A stretch of DNA of 64,000 bases from an uncultured bacterium (GCA_965368975.1 CBDUPA010000015.1:96001-160000); one strand, 5' to 3'. Positions 20,695 to 31,084 are shown, counted from the first letter of the stretch. The notes: generated from the letters alone by a model not told the origin. Numbers and translations are program-made.

Positions 20695-23600
20695 TCACCC
20701 CAGCGCCTCGGGGACGGAAATCCGAGGCTTGGACGCGTCGTCATCGAAGCGGATTCCGAAGAACAGCGAGTACAGCACCGGCACGACACCAAGCGTCAAG
20801 GCGGTGGCGAAGACGAGGCCGAACATGATCGCGACTGCCATCGGTTCCCACATCGGACCACCCCCCAGATAGAGCGGAATGAGACCGCCCAGGGTCGTGA
20901 AGGTCGTGAGCAAGATTGGACGCAGGCGCCGCTGCGCCGAGTCAATGATCGCGGTAGCTGGGTCCATACCACCGGCAATCTCGGTGTCGACACGGTCGAT
21001 CAAGACGATCGCGTTGTTGATCACGATACCGGCCAGCGAGATGACGCCGAGCAAAGTCATGAAACCGAAGCTCGACTGCATCACGAGCAGTCCCACGACG
21101 ACGCCTATCAAACCCAAGGGGATGGTAATCAGGATGATCAAGGGACGGCGAAGGGAATTGAACTGGCCGACCAGCAGCAGGAGGATGATCAGGCCGGCGA
21201 TCGGTAGTTTCTCAGCGATCGATGCGTTCGCCTTGGAAGAGCCTTCCGACTCGCCTCCCAGCTCCCAGCTGGTTCCGCGCGGCCAGGCGGTGCTTTGCTC
21301 CTCGAGCCAGGGCAACAACTGTGCATTGACTTCGGCGGCGGTGACACCCGGTGCCAAGCCGGCCTCGACGGTGACGGTGCGCAGGCGGTTGCGACGACGG
21401 ATGTTGGCGGGCTGCCAGGCAACTTCGATCTCGGCCACCTGGCTCAGGGGCACCGAATGGCCCGTAGCCTGCGCGAAGACGTTGAGCGAGCCTAGCTTGC
21501 TCAGGTCGAGACGGTCCGCGCCGACCGAGCGCAGGGTGACGGGAATGACTTTGTCGCCTTCACGGTACTCGGTGGTTTCGATGCCGGAGAGCAGGGTCTG
21601 CAGGGAGATCGCGATGTCCTGATGGGTAACGCCGGCGGCACGCGCCCGCCGTTCGCGGATATGAACACGCAGCTTCTTCGACCGCGCGCCCCAGTTGTCG
21701 CTGACGCGTCGCGTGCCGGGGATCTCGGCCAATCGCTCCTGTACCTGCGCCACAACTTCGAAGATGACGTCCGAGTCACGGCCGGCGATGCGCACCTCGA
21801 TCGGATTGTCGGTGGGTGCGCCGTTGGACAACGTCGAGATGCGTGCCCTGAGATCCGGGAAGGTCTGGTTGCAGTAGGCCAGCAGACGCTCCTGGGCCAG
21901 GTCCACGAACTCGCGGTCATTGGCGTTGACCAGCAGGATCGCATACTCCGGGCTCGACTGCTCCGGACCGTAGGAGAGCACGAAGCGGGGTGCCCCGGCG
22001 CCGATGAAGGTAGTCCAGTCGGTCACGCCGACCTGTCCCTGCGCGGCCGCCTGCGGGTCGATCAGCAGCTCGTCTTGCAGAAAAGACTCCACCTGATCGA
22101 CGACCTGCTGGGTGGCGGCCAGCGGCGTACCGGTAGGCAGGAACAGTTCCACCTTGAGCAGCGGCTTGTCGTTGGGCGGAAAGAAGATGACCGGCACAAG
22201 ACGGAACAAGGCCATCGCCGCGACGAAGACGACAGCCACCCCAATCAGCGTCAATACCCGATTCCGGAGGGCGAGTTGCAGGAGCCCACGATACGTGCGG
22301 TAGAAGCGGGTATCGTAGGCCGCGTCCCCGCCGGCATCCACTGCCTGGTGCTTCTTCACCTTCAGGAAGGCGACGCACAGTAGCGGAATCATGGTCAGCG
22401 ACAGCACCCATGAGCACAAGAGGGTGATCGTGACGACCTTGAACAGCGGCGCGGTGTACTCGCCGGTGGTCGACTCCGCCAGGTAGATCGGTAGGAAGGC
22501 CGCAGCAGTCGTCAGAGACGAGGTGAGCAGCGGAATGCGCAGTTCGGCAGCCGAATCGATCGCTGCCTGACGCGCACTCTTGCCCTCCCCCATCTGCACC
22601 AGTACCGACTCCGACATGACGATCGCGTTGTCCACCAACATGCCGAGCGCGATGATCAGCGACGCCAATGACATCTGGTCAAGGCCGATGCCAAAGAAGG
22701 ACATCACCAGCAGACTCATGACGATGGCTGATGGGATCAAGCTCGCCACCACCAGCCCCGTGCGCACACCCAGACTGATCAGCATGACGCCAATAACGAT
22801 CAACACCGCCTGCAGCAAGTTGCCGACGAAGTCCTGGATCTTCTTCTCGACCGCAGCCGCTTGATACTGCGCGAAGCTCAGCTCGATACCGTGGGGATAG
22901 GCCGCCTGCAGACGCTCGACCGTCTCGGTGACGGCAAGACCGAGGTCGAGGATATTGCCCCCCTCGCGCATCGACACGGCCAGGACCAGGCCCGGCTCGC
23001 CATTGACACGCACCCTCGTGCGCGGCGGATCGACGTAGCCTCGATAGATGTTGGCGACGTCCTCGAGAAAAATCAGCTGCGCCGGTGACGGCTGCCCTTG
23101 GGCGTTGGCACCCCCACCGAGGTTGATCACGGTGCGCCGCAGATCGTCGACCGACTCGAAGTTGCCGGTCGGCTCGAGCACGATTTTCTCGTTCGGCGTG
23201 CGGATCTCACCGCCTGGGATGATGATGTTACGCGCCTCCAACAGGCTCTGAAGTTGACCGGGCGACAAGCCCAGCTCCGCCAGACGGGCGTTGTTGTACT
23301 CGACAAAGATCCGCTCGTCCTGAGCACCGTGGATCTCGACCTTGGCGACCTGCCCCAACAACAACAGCTCGTCGCGGACTTCGTCGGAAATGTCCTTGAG
23401 TTCGGCGTAGGTATAGCCATCGCCGGTGAGTGCGACCAAAGTGCCGAAGACATCGCCGAACTCATCGTTGACCGTCGGTCCGATGATGCCGGCCGGCAAG
23501 TCCGACGCTACCCTCTCCACCTTGCGGCGCAGCGAGTCCCAGATCGGACGCATGTCGGTGTAGCTCTCCAAGACATTGACCGACAAGATCGACACGCCGG

Positions 23601-23856
23601 TCTTCGACTGGCTGCCGATGAAGTCGAGCTCCGGCATCTCCTGGATCGCCTTCTCCAGCCTGTCGGTAACGAGCTGTTCCACGCGCTCGGGGCTGGCGCC
23701 GGGGAAATGCGTAACGACGGTAGCCGTCCGAATGATGAACCCGGGGTCCTCGGCTCGCGGCAAGCCGGTGTACGCCTGGACGCCAGCCAGCAGCATCACC
23801 ACCAGCGCCACCGCGGTGATCCGATTCTTGTCGATCGCCGTTCGTGTCAAGCTCAT
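20695..23856 (-). CDS. RND efflux permease (AcrB/AcrD/AcrF family)
   Basis: 1053 aa; PGASPERVE, GMLVDNAIV, RRLRPILLT; two large periplasmic loops. Confidence 0.93.
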   Translation of the reverse strand: MSLTRTAIDKNRITAVALVVMLLAGVQAYTGLPRAEDPGFIIRTATVVTHFPGASPERVEQLVTDRLEKAIQEMPELDFIGSQSKTGVSILSVNVLESYTDMRPIWDSLRRKVERVASDLPAGIIGPTVNDEFGDVFGTLVALTGDGYTYAELKDISDEVRDELLLLGQVAKVEIHGAQDERIFVEYNNARLAELGLSPGQLQSLLEARNIIIPGGEIRTPNEKIVLEPTGNFESVDDLRRTVINLGGGANAQGQPSPAQLIFLEDVANIYRGYVDPPRTRVRVNGEPGLVLAVSMREGGNILDLGLAVTETVERLQAAYPHGIELSFAQYQAAAVEKKIQDFVGNLLQAVLIVIGVMLISLGVRTGLVVASLIPSAIVMSLLVMSFFGIGLDQMSLASLIIALGMLVDNAIVMSESVLVQMGEGKSARQAAIDSAAELRIPLLTSSLTTAAAFLPIYLAESTTGEYTAPLFKVVTITLLCSWVLSLTMIPLLCVAFLKVKKHQAVDAGGDAAYDTRFYRTYRGLLQLALRNRVLTLIGVAVVFVAAMALFRLVPVIFFPPNDKPLLKVELFLPTGTPLAATQQVVDQVESFLQDELLIDPQAAAQGQVGVTDWTTFIGAGAPRFVLSYGPEQSSPEYAILLVNANDREFVDLAQERLLAYCNQTFPDLRARISTLSNGAPTDNPIEVRIAGRDSDVIFEVVAQVQERLAEIPGTRRVSDNWGARSKKLRVHIRERRARAAGVTHQDIAISLQTLLSGIETTEYREGDKVIPVTLRSVGADRLDLSKLGSLNVFAQATGHSVPLSQVAEIEVAWQPANIRRRNRLRTVTVEAGLAPGVTAAEVNAQLLPWLEEQSTAWPRGTSWELGGESEGSSKANASIAEKLPIAGLIILLLLVGQFNSLRRPLIILITIPLGLIGVVVGLLVMQSSFGFMTLLGVISLAGIVINNAIVLIDRVDTEIAGGMDPATAIIDSAQRRLRPILLTTFTTLGGLIPLYLGGGPMWEPMAVAIMFGLVFATALTLGVVPVLYSLFFGIRFDDDASKPRISVPEALG

Positions 23857-23859
23857 AGG

Positions 23860-25095
23860 TCAGGCTCCGGATTCCAGGACCTTGACCTCCAGCCCATCAC
23901 TCAAGCGACGCACACCGGCAGTGACCAGCAAGTCACCCACCGACAAGCCCTGTTTGATCTCCAGGCCTAGCTGACTGAGTTCACCGACAGTGACGCCTCG
24001 CCGCTCGACGGTACCTGTACCATCACTCCGTGGCTGGAGCAGGAAGACGAACCGTCCCGCTGCATCTTCTCCAACCGAGACCGGCGGCACATGGATGACA
24101 CGCGAGTTCTCGAGGGTCCCTGGCGGGGCCAGCGTCAGACTGACCTCGGCGGCCATACCGGATCGAATCGCGAGCAGTGCCCCCTCCGCGGCCTCCGCGC
24201 CAGTTTGCGACTCCAACTCGACGGTGAGCGGGAAGGTGGTCGCGGAGCCAATCGCGGCGACACCGACCTCGGTAACTCGACCACGGAAACTCTGACCAGG
24301 CAGTGCGTCGAAGCTGACCTCGGCCGCCATACCTGGAGCAATATCGGCAATGGTCACCTCGGGCACCGCTGCCTCGACTTTCAGCTCACCGCTGGCAGTG
24401 AGCAGCAGAATGCCCTGTCCAGCCTGAACGTTCTCATTGGCCTCGACAAAGACCGCTGCCACGGCACCGTCGAGCGGGGCCCGTAGTGTCGTGTAGCCGA
24501 CCTGCTTGCGGGTCAACTCGAGCTGTTTCTCTGCCGCCGCGACTTGGGCGCGCGCGGACTCCGCGTTGGCTCGGCCCGCGTCCAGCTCGCTCTTGGCTGC
24601 GTTGTTGTTCTCGTACAGGCCGCGCACCCGCTCGTAGTCGGCCTCGGCACGGCGGCGGCCGGCTTCGGCCTGCGCCAACGCGGCTTCGGACTGCTGCACT
24701 TGCAACTCGTAGTCCGTGGGGTCTACTCGGGCCAACAGCTGTCCCCGACGCACACGCTGTCCGACATCGACAGGTAGTGACTCGACAGTGCCGTTGACCC
24801 TGAAGCTGAGCTGGGTCTCGATGCCGGAACGAGCAACGCCAGCATAGGTGCGACGCACCTCGGCGCCATCGACCGTGACCGTTTGATAGCGAACCGGGCG
24901 CAGCGGTGGCTCTTGTGCCACTGGCTCCGCACACCCGGTCGTCAGCATCAGGAGTCCGACCAAGAGCCAGGCACCGATTCGAGTGAGACTGGCGAAATCG
25001 AGGGCGGTCACTTCGTATCCAGGCGGACCGAAGTTCTTCGAGCCGGAGTTCCCAGAGCCGGAGTAGAGCGTCGACACCGAAGCGGGGCGGATCAT
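23860..25095 (-). CDS. RND periplasmic adaptor (membrane fusion protein)
   Basis: LSFRVNG..V.VGQRVRRGQLLA, coiled coil, LRAPLDG, GLSVGDLLVTAG; lipobox-like TTGC; true start is probably downstream of 25095. Confidence 0.9.
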   Translation of the reverse strand: MIRPASVSTLYSGSGNSGSKNFGPPGYEVTALDFASLTRIGAWLLVGLLMLTTGCAEPVAQEPPLRPVRYQTVTVDGAEVRRTYAGVARSGIETQLSFRVNGTVESLPVDVGQRVRRGQLLARVDPTDYELQVQQSEAALAQAEAGRRRAEADYERVRGLYENNNAAKSELDAGRANAESARAQVAAAEKQLELTRKQVGYTTLRAPLDGAVAAVFVEANENVQAGQGILLLTASGELKVEAAVPEVTIADIAPGMAAEVSFDALPGQSFRGRVTEVGVAAIGSATTFPLTVELESQTGAEAAEGALLAIRSGMAAEVSLTLAPPGTLENSRVIHVPPVSVGEDAAGRFVFLLQPRSDGTGTVERRGVTVGELSQLGLEIKQGLSVGDLLVTAGVRRLSDGLEVKVLESGA

Positions 25096-25130
25096 GGTGA
25101 TGGGTCTCCTGCACCTTCTCCCGCGGACAG

Positions 25131-27626
25131 CTAGGGTCCGCCGGGCCTGTCGATGGAGGGTTGCGGTTCAGCTCCGGCCGCGGCATAGAACGAATCGAGA
25201 CGCTGGTACCAGGCGTCGCGCTCCTGGGGACCGAGGAAGAAGTCGAAGTGATTGGAGGCGCGCTCGACTTCGATCAGATCGATGAAGAAGTCGTAGACCG
25301 CGTTGGCGGCCTGGAGATCTGCGTTGAGCGCGGCAGCCTGGGCGTCGAGCAAATCGAGGATGGTCACGGCTCCGCTGGCGTAGGCGTCTACCACCAGTTC
25401 CAGGCTCCGGTGGGCGGCTTCGGCACCCGCGCGCGTCAGCTCGATACCAGCGTAGGAGGCGCCCATGGCATGCATGGCACTGCGCACCCGCTGCTCGATC
25501 TTCTCCGCCACCGACTCTTGCTGACGCTGCAACTGTTCCAGCTGCAGCCTGGCCTGCGCCTGCTCGGCGCGGCGGGCCCCTCCTTCGAACAGCGGCAAGG
25601 AAACGCTGATTCCCAGCGACCAGTTCGTGTCGTCCGCCGGACTCAGACCGGGCAAGCCACCTGCCACGTCCGCACCGGCCCCACCTTTCGCCAGCAGCTC
25701 GCTGAGGCTGAGCTGCGCAGCCACTGAAGGAGCCCAGAAGGCTCGCCTCGCCACCGTCACAGCGCGTTCCTGCGCGGCGATCGCCGCATCTAGCTGCCGT
25801 AACTCAGGAGCTGCGTCCATGGCCTCGCGCACCATGAAGTCGCGGAAGACCCGGAACAGCGCCGGCGTATCGCTATAACCACCAAAGCGCATGCGGCTGC
25901 TGACCAGGAACGGATCTTCGAGATCGACTTCGACGGTGCGGAAAGCTTCTTCTTGCGGCCGATGCAGCAGGCGGTTGACCGCCACTTCAGCTGCCTGCCG
26001 TTCGGCTTGGGCGTCGATCAGGCTCTTGCGATCAGCAGCGATCTGCGTCTGCCAGCGGTAGAGTTCGGCCGGATTGGCAACGCCCAGACGTTGCCGAAGC
26101 TCGGCCGCTTCCAGGTTCGAGCGTGTGACGCGAAGGTTGTTCTTGCGCACCCGCTCGAGGGTACGCGCGCGTAGCAAGTTGAGATACGTGGTCGCCGCCT
26201 CGCGCGCCAAGTCGAGACGCAGCTGCTCGAGTTCCATCTCGCGACTTCGCTGCGTCTCGCGCCGTATCTCGACGTTGCCGCGCGCGCCGTCCGAGTAGAG
26301 CAACTGGCTGATCGTCAAGTCACCACTGACACTACGTTCGGCCTGCGAACCGAAGGATGCCTCGGCGCGGTCCTCGTCGATCACCACGCCGCTGGCACTG
26401 GCCTCGACCTGGGGCAGAAGCTGCGCTCGCGCCACCTCGACGTCATAGGCGCCGACCTCGACACCCAAGCGACCGGCGAGCAGGTCCAAGTTGGCCTCGA
26501 TCGCTTCGCGCACTGCCTGCGGCAGCGACAACTCGCGCACCCCTTCGACCGCGTCCTCATGCAGCAATTCGGCTTCCTGCAACACTTCCCATCGCGGCGA
26601 CACACCGATGGCGCGCGCCGTCGCCATGTTGATCACCAACTCGGAGCGGGTGGCGAAATCGACCGGTAGCGTGCCGGCATCTTCACCCAGCAGGATACGT
26701 TGCAGGTTGAGCGCTACCCGGCGCGCCAACTGCGGGAAGAAGGTGTCGCTGCCACGGGTGGCCAGCAAGCCAAGCTCGACTTCCCGGCGGCCTAGCATCG
26801 AGAAGCTGGGGAGGCGTTTCTCTCGGAGTGCCCGTACCAGACGACCAAAATCGTCTTCGCTGAGCTGAAAGAGCGGAAAGACGATCACCGCGTCGGCGTC
26901 TGCAGGCAAGCGCGCCAGGGCGTCAGACACAGAATCCGCGACAGGCACGTACTCGACGTCGAAGCCACGCTGGCCGATGGTCTGACGCGTCCGAAAGAGC
27001 AGCTCCGGGATCTCTTCGAGCAGCCAACGGTTGGCCAGAATCGCCAGCTTGCGGAAACGCACCACCTGGTAGAAAGTCTCGAGATCGCGCGCCAGACTGT
27101 CCGGCAGCGCCACATAATTGAGGTTTGGTATGCCGCTACCGAGGCCGCCCTCGCTGGCATCAGCGCGTGGCAGCCCCTGCAGCTCAGCGTCGATGACGAT
27201 CGGTGCGATCACCGGTTTGGGAGGATGGCCGTAGCAGCACATGACGTGCGAACCAAGCGGTCCGAAGGCGAGAACGATGTCGACTTCCGGATCGGATAGA
27301 AGCTGCTCGATCGCGGCGCTGACACCGTCGAGGCTCCAGTCCGCGATCAACTGTTTGTCGACTGGAAAGCGTACGTCGAACTCACCAGCGGTCAATGTCC
27401 GTGTCTCGTCACGCACCATCTGGTGGATGCGCTCGTTCTCGCGCCAGGGACCATCGAGGACAATGCCGACGCGTACTACCGGTGATGGCTCGCCCATCCT
27501 ATCTTCAGCGGCCCTATTGTCCGCGGCCCTGTTGTCCGCGGCCCTGTTCTCAGCAGCCAGTGCAGGCAGGCCACCGGCAACCACGACGATCAGCAGGAGT
27601 ACCAGAGTCGGAAGGCCGAGTCTCAC
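25131..27626 (-). CDS. TolC-family outer membrane factor with N-terminal ABC substrate-binding-like domain
   Basis: Signal peptide; about 330 aa periplasmic-binding-like region (RILLGEDAGTLPV...LVINMATARAIG); then two OEP repeats (LSLPQAVREAIEANLDL; YASGAVTILDLLDAQ). Confidence 0.85.
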   Translation of the reverse strand: MRLGLPTLVLLLIVVVAGGLPALAAENRAADNRAADNRAAEDRMGEPSPVVRVGIVLDGPWRENERIHQMVRDETRTLTAGEFDVRFPVDKQLIADWSLDGVSAAIEQLLSDPEVDIVLAFGPLGSHVMCCYGHPPKPVIAPIVIDAELQGLPRADASEGGLGSGIPNLNYVALPDSLARDLETFYQVVRFRKLAILANRWLLEEIPELLFRTRQTIGQRGFDVEYVPVADSVSDALARLPADADAVIVFPLFQLSEDDFGRLVRALREKRLPSFSMLGRREVELGLLATRGSDTFFPQLARRVALNLQRILLGEDAGTLPVDFATRSELVINMATARAIGVSPRWEVLQEAELLHEDAVEGVRELSLPQAVREAIEANLDLLAGRLGVEVGAYDVEVARAQLLPQVEASASGVVIDEDRAEASFGSQAERSVSGDLTISQLLYSDGARGNVEIRRETQRSREMELEQLRLDLAREAATTYLNLLRARTLERVRKNNLRVTRSNLEAAELRQRLGVANPAELYRWQTQIAADRKSLIDAQAERQAAEVAVNRLLHRPQEEAFRTVEVDLEDPFLVSSRMRFGGYSDTPALFRVFRDFMVREAMDAAPELRQLDAAIAAQERAVTVARRAFWAPSVAAQLSLSELLAKGGAGADVAGGLPGLSPADDTNWSLGISVSLPLFEGGARRAEQAQARLQLEQLQRQQESVAEKIEQRVRSAMHAMGASYAGIELTRAGAEAAHRSLELVVDAYASGAVTILDLLDAQAAALNADLQAANAVYDFFIDLIEVERASNHFDFFLGPQERDAWYQRLDSFYAAAGAEPQPSIDRPGGP

Positions 27627-27636
27627 TCTGCCATTC

Positions 27637-28212
27637 CTACTCGGGCGGGAACTGCTTGAGGATGCGACGCACCGCCTTCGGTACTTTGCGGCGCATGGCC
27701 TCGTAGTCGATGGCGACGTCCGAAATCCAGCCGCTCCACACCAACTTGTTGGACTCGGCGTCGATGATGTCGATCACCAGCGTGCCCTCCTTGTATGAAC
27801 GCACCTGGGTGCCGCCGGTGTCCGACCAGGTCACCCAGCTCCCCAGCTCATACTCGCTACCCTGGATCTCGAGCTTGTCTTCGACCACCGCGTAGTAGGT
27901 GACGTAGAAATCCGGCGTCGCGCCTTCGCCGCGAACTTCGTGCAGACCTTCGCGGCCCAGGCGCTGGTTCACCGCCTCGATGATCTCCAGGTCGGCCGGT
28001 GTATCGGCGGGCGGGAAGCGCACTTCTTGCAGGCGCCAGGCGTAGGTCTGGTAGCCCGAAAAATCCGCTTCCGGATCATGCTTCGACTCCGCCTTGGCCG
28101 CCGACAAGGGCACCGCCACCGACACGAAGAGCCCGAGGAGGACCAGGATCGAGGCGAGGAATACGGAGGAATGGGAACGTGGCGAAATGGGCACGGTGGG
28201 GTCTCCTTGCAT
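27637..28212 (-). CDS. DUF4136-like secreted protein
   Basis: Signal peptide, DFSGYQTYAW, YKEGTLVIDIIDAESNKLVWSG, ends FPP. Confidence 0.75.
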   Translation of the reverse strand: MQGDPTVPISPRSHSSVFLASILVLLGLFVSVAVPLSAAKAESKHDPEADFSGYQTYAWRLQEVRFPPADTPADLEIIEAVNQRLGREGLHEVRGEGATPDFYVTYYAVVEDKLEIQGSEYELGSWVTWSDTGGTQVRSYKEGTLVIDIIDAESNKLVWSGWISDVAIDYEAMRRKVPKAVRRILKQFPPE

Positions 28213-28324
28213 GTCGGAGCCTGCTTGCCGCACAGGATCTCCTCGTATCTAGCCGGGCACTCGTCAACAGGCCGCGCAGATGGCTCTTTTCAGTATAGCG
28301 CTCAAAGCCGCCGCGCGTCTTGCT

Positions 28325-30823
28325 TCAAGACTTGTCATCGAACAGGCGTTCGGCCAAGAGTTGCAGCGGGAAGCGTTGCAGACTGCCGGTCGCCACCGCG
28401 CGCTCGCTGTAGGAGCCAACGTCGTCTGGCGGCTCCGCGCCTGCTCCGGCGGCAGGCGAACGCCAGACCAACACCGGCACAGGATCGGCAGCGTGCTGTC
28501 CGCTCTCGGACAGAGTCGCGTGATCTGCCGCGACGGCGAGCACGAACGGGCGTGCCTTCTCTTCCATTCGTTGCAAGAAGGCCGCAAGTGAACCATCCAG
28601 GCGTTCCAGGAACTCGACCTTGAGATCCGGACGGCGGTCGTGGGCGGCGATGTCGGCGCCCTTGAAGTGCAAGACGACCAGATCGCGCTCACGTAGAGAG
28701 GAACTGGCAGCGGCGAACTTGGCGTCGAGGTCGGTATCCAGGTTGGCGGTCATGACTTTGGTACTGATCGTGTCGGCGCCCAACCACGAGGCGATGCCGA
28801 GCAGCGTGCGATCACCGCTGATGCAGGTGACACGCAGTGGCAAGCCCTCGTGTTCGAGCGGTCCAACGCGGTGAAAGCGGCCGGCGCCGCGACTGATCAC
28901 CGTGTTGGCCGGCAGCTCCCCCTGGTCGAGCCGGCGCTGGTTTGCGGGATGCTCGACCAACACTTGACGAGCCTGCTGCTCGAAGACGGCGAGCAGGCGC
29001 GCGGTGCGCACCGCCGCCTCGTCGTTGGAGTCGATCGGCCGCGGGGCCAGCGGCGGTCCCGGCGCCGCACCGTCGCCGGGGTCACTGCCATAGATCGACG
29101 ACGACAGCCCAGGCCCGCGCAGCACCAGCGCCAGCCGGTGCTCCGTACCAGCACGCACGTGTACGGTGACAGCATCGTCGGGATCCAGCGTCATGCCATC
29201 GAGTGCTGATGCCAGTTCCGCAGCCTGCTCACGAATGCGGCCGGCACGGCGGTCGACCAGCACGCCGTGCTCGTCGATGGTGGCGAAGTTGGCGCGCAGC
29301 GCGATATCGCCCGGCTCCAGCTCCAGGCCAGCTCCCAAGGCTTCGACCGGGCCACGCTTGAGTGCCAGCGGCGAACGGCCGAAAAGCGCCAGCGAACCAG
29401 CGGCGGTGTCAGGCACGACGCCGGGGGCCACCGGATCGGCGAGCCCGCAGCGCCCCTCTTGTGCCAGGCGGTCGAGAGTCGGCGTCTCGGCAGCTTCGAG
29501 CGGCGTGCGGCCACCGAGTGCGCGCACCGGGTGGTCGGGCAGCCCGTCGATGATCGTCAACAGGGCCGGTACCGGCTGCTTGCCGCGCGGCTGCCAGCGG
29601 CTGACGGCTGGCACCTTGCGCTGTAGCAGATCGACCACCAGGCGGGTGCCGCGACCCACCAAGTCGCGCAGGTCCGAGGTGTCGAGCAGGGGAACGTCGT
29701 AGTTCTCGGCCTGGTGTAGTAAGTGGTCCTGGACGGCACGGATGGCACGAAAGTTCTCCAGGTAGTGATCAGCGCGCCGCGATCCGAGCAAGCCGCGATT
29801 GAGGAAGCGGTCGCGGTGCGCGTCCTCGTCCATCAGGGTCAGCGCGAAGGGAATCTGGAATGCGGCGCCCTCCAGATCGGCGAAGGGCACCAGTGGCGGC
29901 ATCAGGTGCACACCCTCGACCAGAATGTTGACGTTCTCGGCCACCGAGCGCTCCACCACCGCACGGACGCCTACGAGCACGCGCGTCGCTTGCTCGTAAA
30001 AAGCGTGCAGCACCCGCCGTTCGAAGGTGTCTTCGCCGTCCAGGCCGGTCAGCTCCGCCAGACCGGCGACCTCGCCCGCCGGGGCCTGTTCGAAGCTGGA
30101 GCGATGTAAGGCCGGCAGCATGGTGGACGAGAAGACCATGCGCATCACCTGCCGAATGGTGTCGGTCGAATTGACCCGGTAGATACGCAGCAGCGGCGCC
30201 AGCTCGAGTGCCAGTGTCGACTTGCCAGCGCCGCTGGCACCGGCAAGGTAGACCACAACCGGCCGTGGTAACCGACGCATGGTGCGCAGCACGCGGTAGC
30301 GACCGGCGGTATCTGCATCGACGTAGCGCTCCAACACTTCGCCGACGCGACTCGCCAGCTCCATGCTGTCGAGCGTGCGCACGCGTTCCTTGCGCAGGCG
30401 CTGCTGGACACGCCCGACCAGGCGGTAGGCACGATCAAGATCGACGCCAGCAGCGTAGATGCTGGTCGCCAATAGACCGCGCGAGAACGGCTGCGGCGGT
30501 CCTCCGCGGTAGGTCACCGTCAGCTCGGGCGTACGGCGTACCGGACGCCGCAGCTGCGCCGCAGCTTCGGGCCCGAGCATAGCGGTCAACTCCTCGCGCG
30601 CCAGACCCATCAACTCGCGAACCTGGATCTGCTCGCGCTCGGCCAGCCGATCGCGCAGCGCGTGCGCCACCGCGTAGGCATCCTCGAAGCTCAGGCCGCG
30701 CTGGACCAGTCCATGCGTCATCATGCCGCGCAGATACGGCGTCTGCTTACCGGCGGCGTCGATCACGTACGTAGTGCCCTTGCGCTTCGCCTTGATGTCG
30801 CCCTTGTCGCTCCTGGTTCCCAT
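28325..30823 (-). CDS. Fusion of two ATP cones, 2-phosphoglycerate kinase and BPG-independent (ApgM-type) phosphoglycerate mutase
   Basis: PYLRGMMT and PFSRGLLA ATP cones; LAGASGAGKST P-loop, STDTIRQVMR, VEGVHL; then IIDGLPD, TPLEAAETPTLD, DRRAGRI, HFKGADIAAHD, ADHAT, HAADPVP. Confidence 0.85.
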   Translation of the reverse strand: MGTRSDKGDIKAKRKGTTYVIDAAGKQTPYLRGMMTHGLVQRGLSFEDAYAVAHALRDRLAEREQIQVRELMGLAREELTAMLGPEAAAQLRRPVRRTPELTVTYRGGPPQPFSRGLLATSIYAAGVDLDRAYRLVGRVQQRLRKERVRTLDSMELASRVGEVLERYVDADTAGRYRVLRTMRRLPRPVVVYLAGASGAGKSTLALELAPLLRIYRVNSTDTIRQVMRMVFSSTMLPALHRSSFEQAPAGEVAGLAELTGLDGEDTFERRVLHAFYEQATRVLVGVRAVVERSVAENVNILVEGVHLMPPLVPFADLEGAAFQIPFALTLMDEDAHRDRFLNRGLLGSRRADHYLENFRAIRAVQDHLLHQAENYDVPLLDTSDLRDLVGRGTRLVVDLLQRKVPAVSRWQPRGKQPVPALLTIIDGLPDHPVRALGGRTPLEAAETPTLDRLAQEGRCGLADPVAPGVVPDTAAGSLALFGRSPLALKRGPVEALGAGLELEPGDIALRANFATIDEHGVLVDRRAGRIREQAAELASALDGMTLDPDDAVTVHVRAGTEHRLALVLRGPGLSSSIYGSDPGDGAAPGPPLAPRPIDSNDEAAVRTARLLAVFEQQARQVLVEHPANQRRLDQGELPANTVISRGAGRFHRVGPLEHEGLPLRVTCISGDRTLLGIASWLGADTISTKVMTANLDTDLDAKFAAASSSLRERDLVVLHFKGADIAAHDRRPDLKVEFLERLDGSLAAFLQRMEEKARPFVLAVAADHATLSESGQHAADPVPVLVWRSPAAGAGAEPPDDVGSYSERAVATGSLQRFPLQLLAERLFDDKS

Positions 30824-30933
30824 GCTCCTTGCTTGCCTCCTCCACAGCCGCCCCCGCGCAGTCTTTCGTGCACGCGCGGGTTTCGCTGCGCCGCGCAGTC
30901 TACACCCACGACGCCTCCATCGCCGGCACTGCT

Positions 30934-30965
30934 TTCGTCACCTCGCCGTCACACCGGCGTCGCCA
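30934..30965 (+). promoter_or_regulatory. Pho-box-like 11-bp direct repeats
   Basis: GTCAC at 30937, GTCAC at 30948, GTCGC at 30959, exactly 11 nt apart, upstream of pstS. Confidence 0.65.
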
Positions 30966-31084
30966 GCGCGTAGCGGCACCCACTTAGATTGGGTGTCGCT
31001 GAGGGCATCACTTCCATCCCATCCGAACCAACCTCGGCTTCATCCAACATCGAGCATCGGAAACGAAAGAGGAGATGACGCGTC

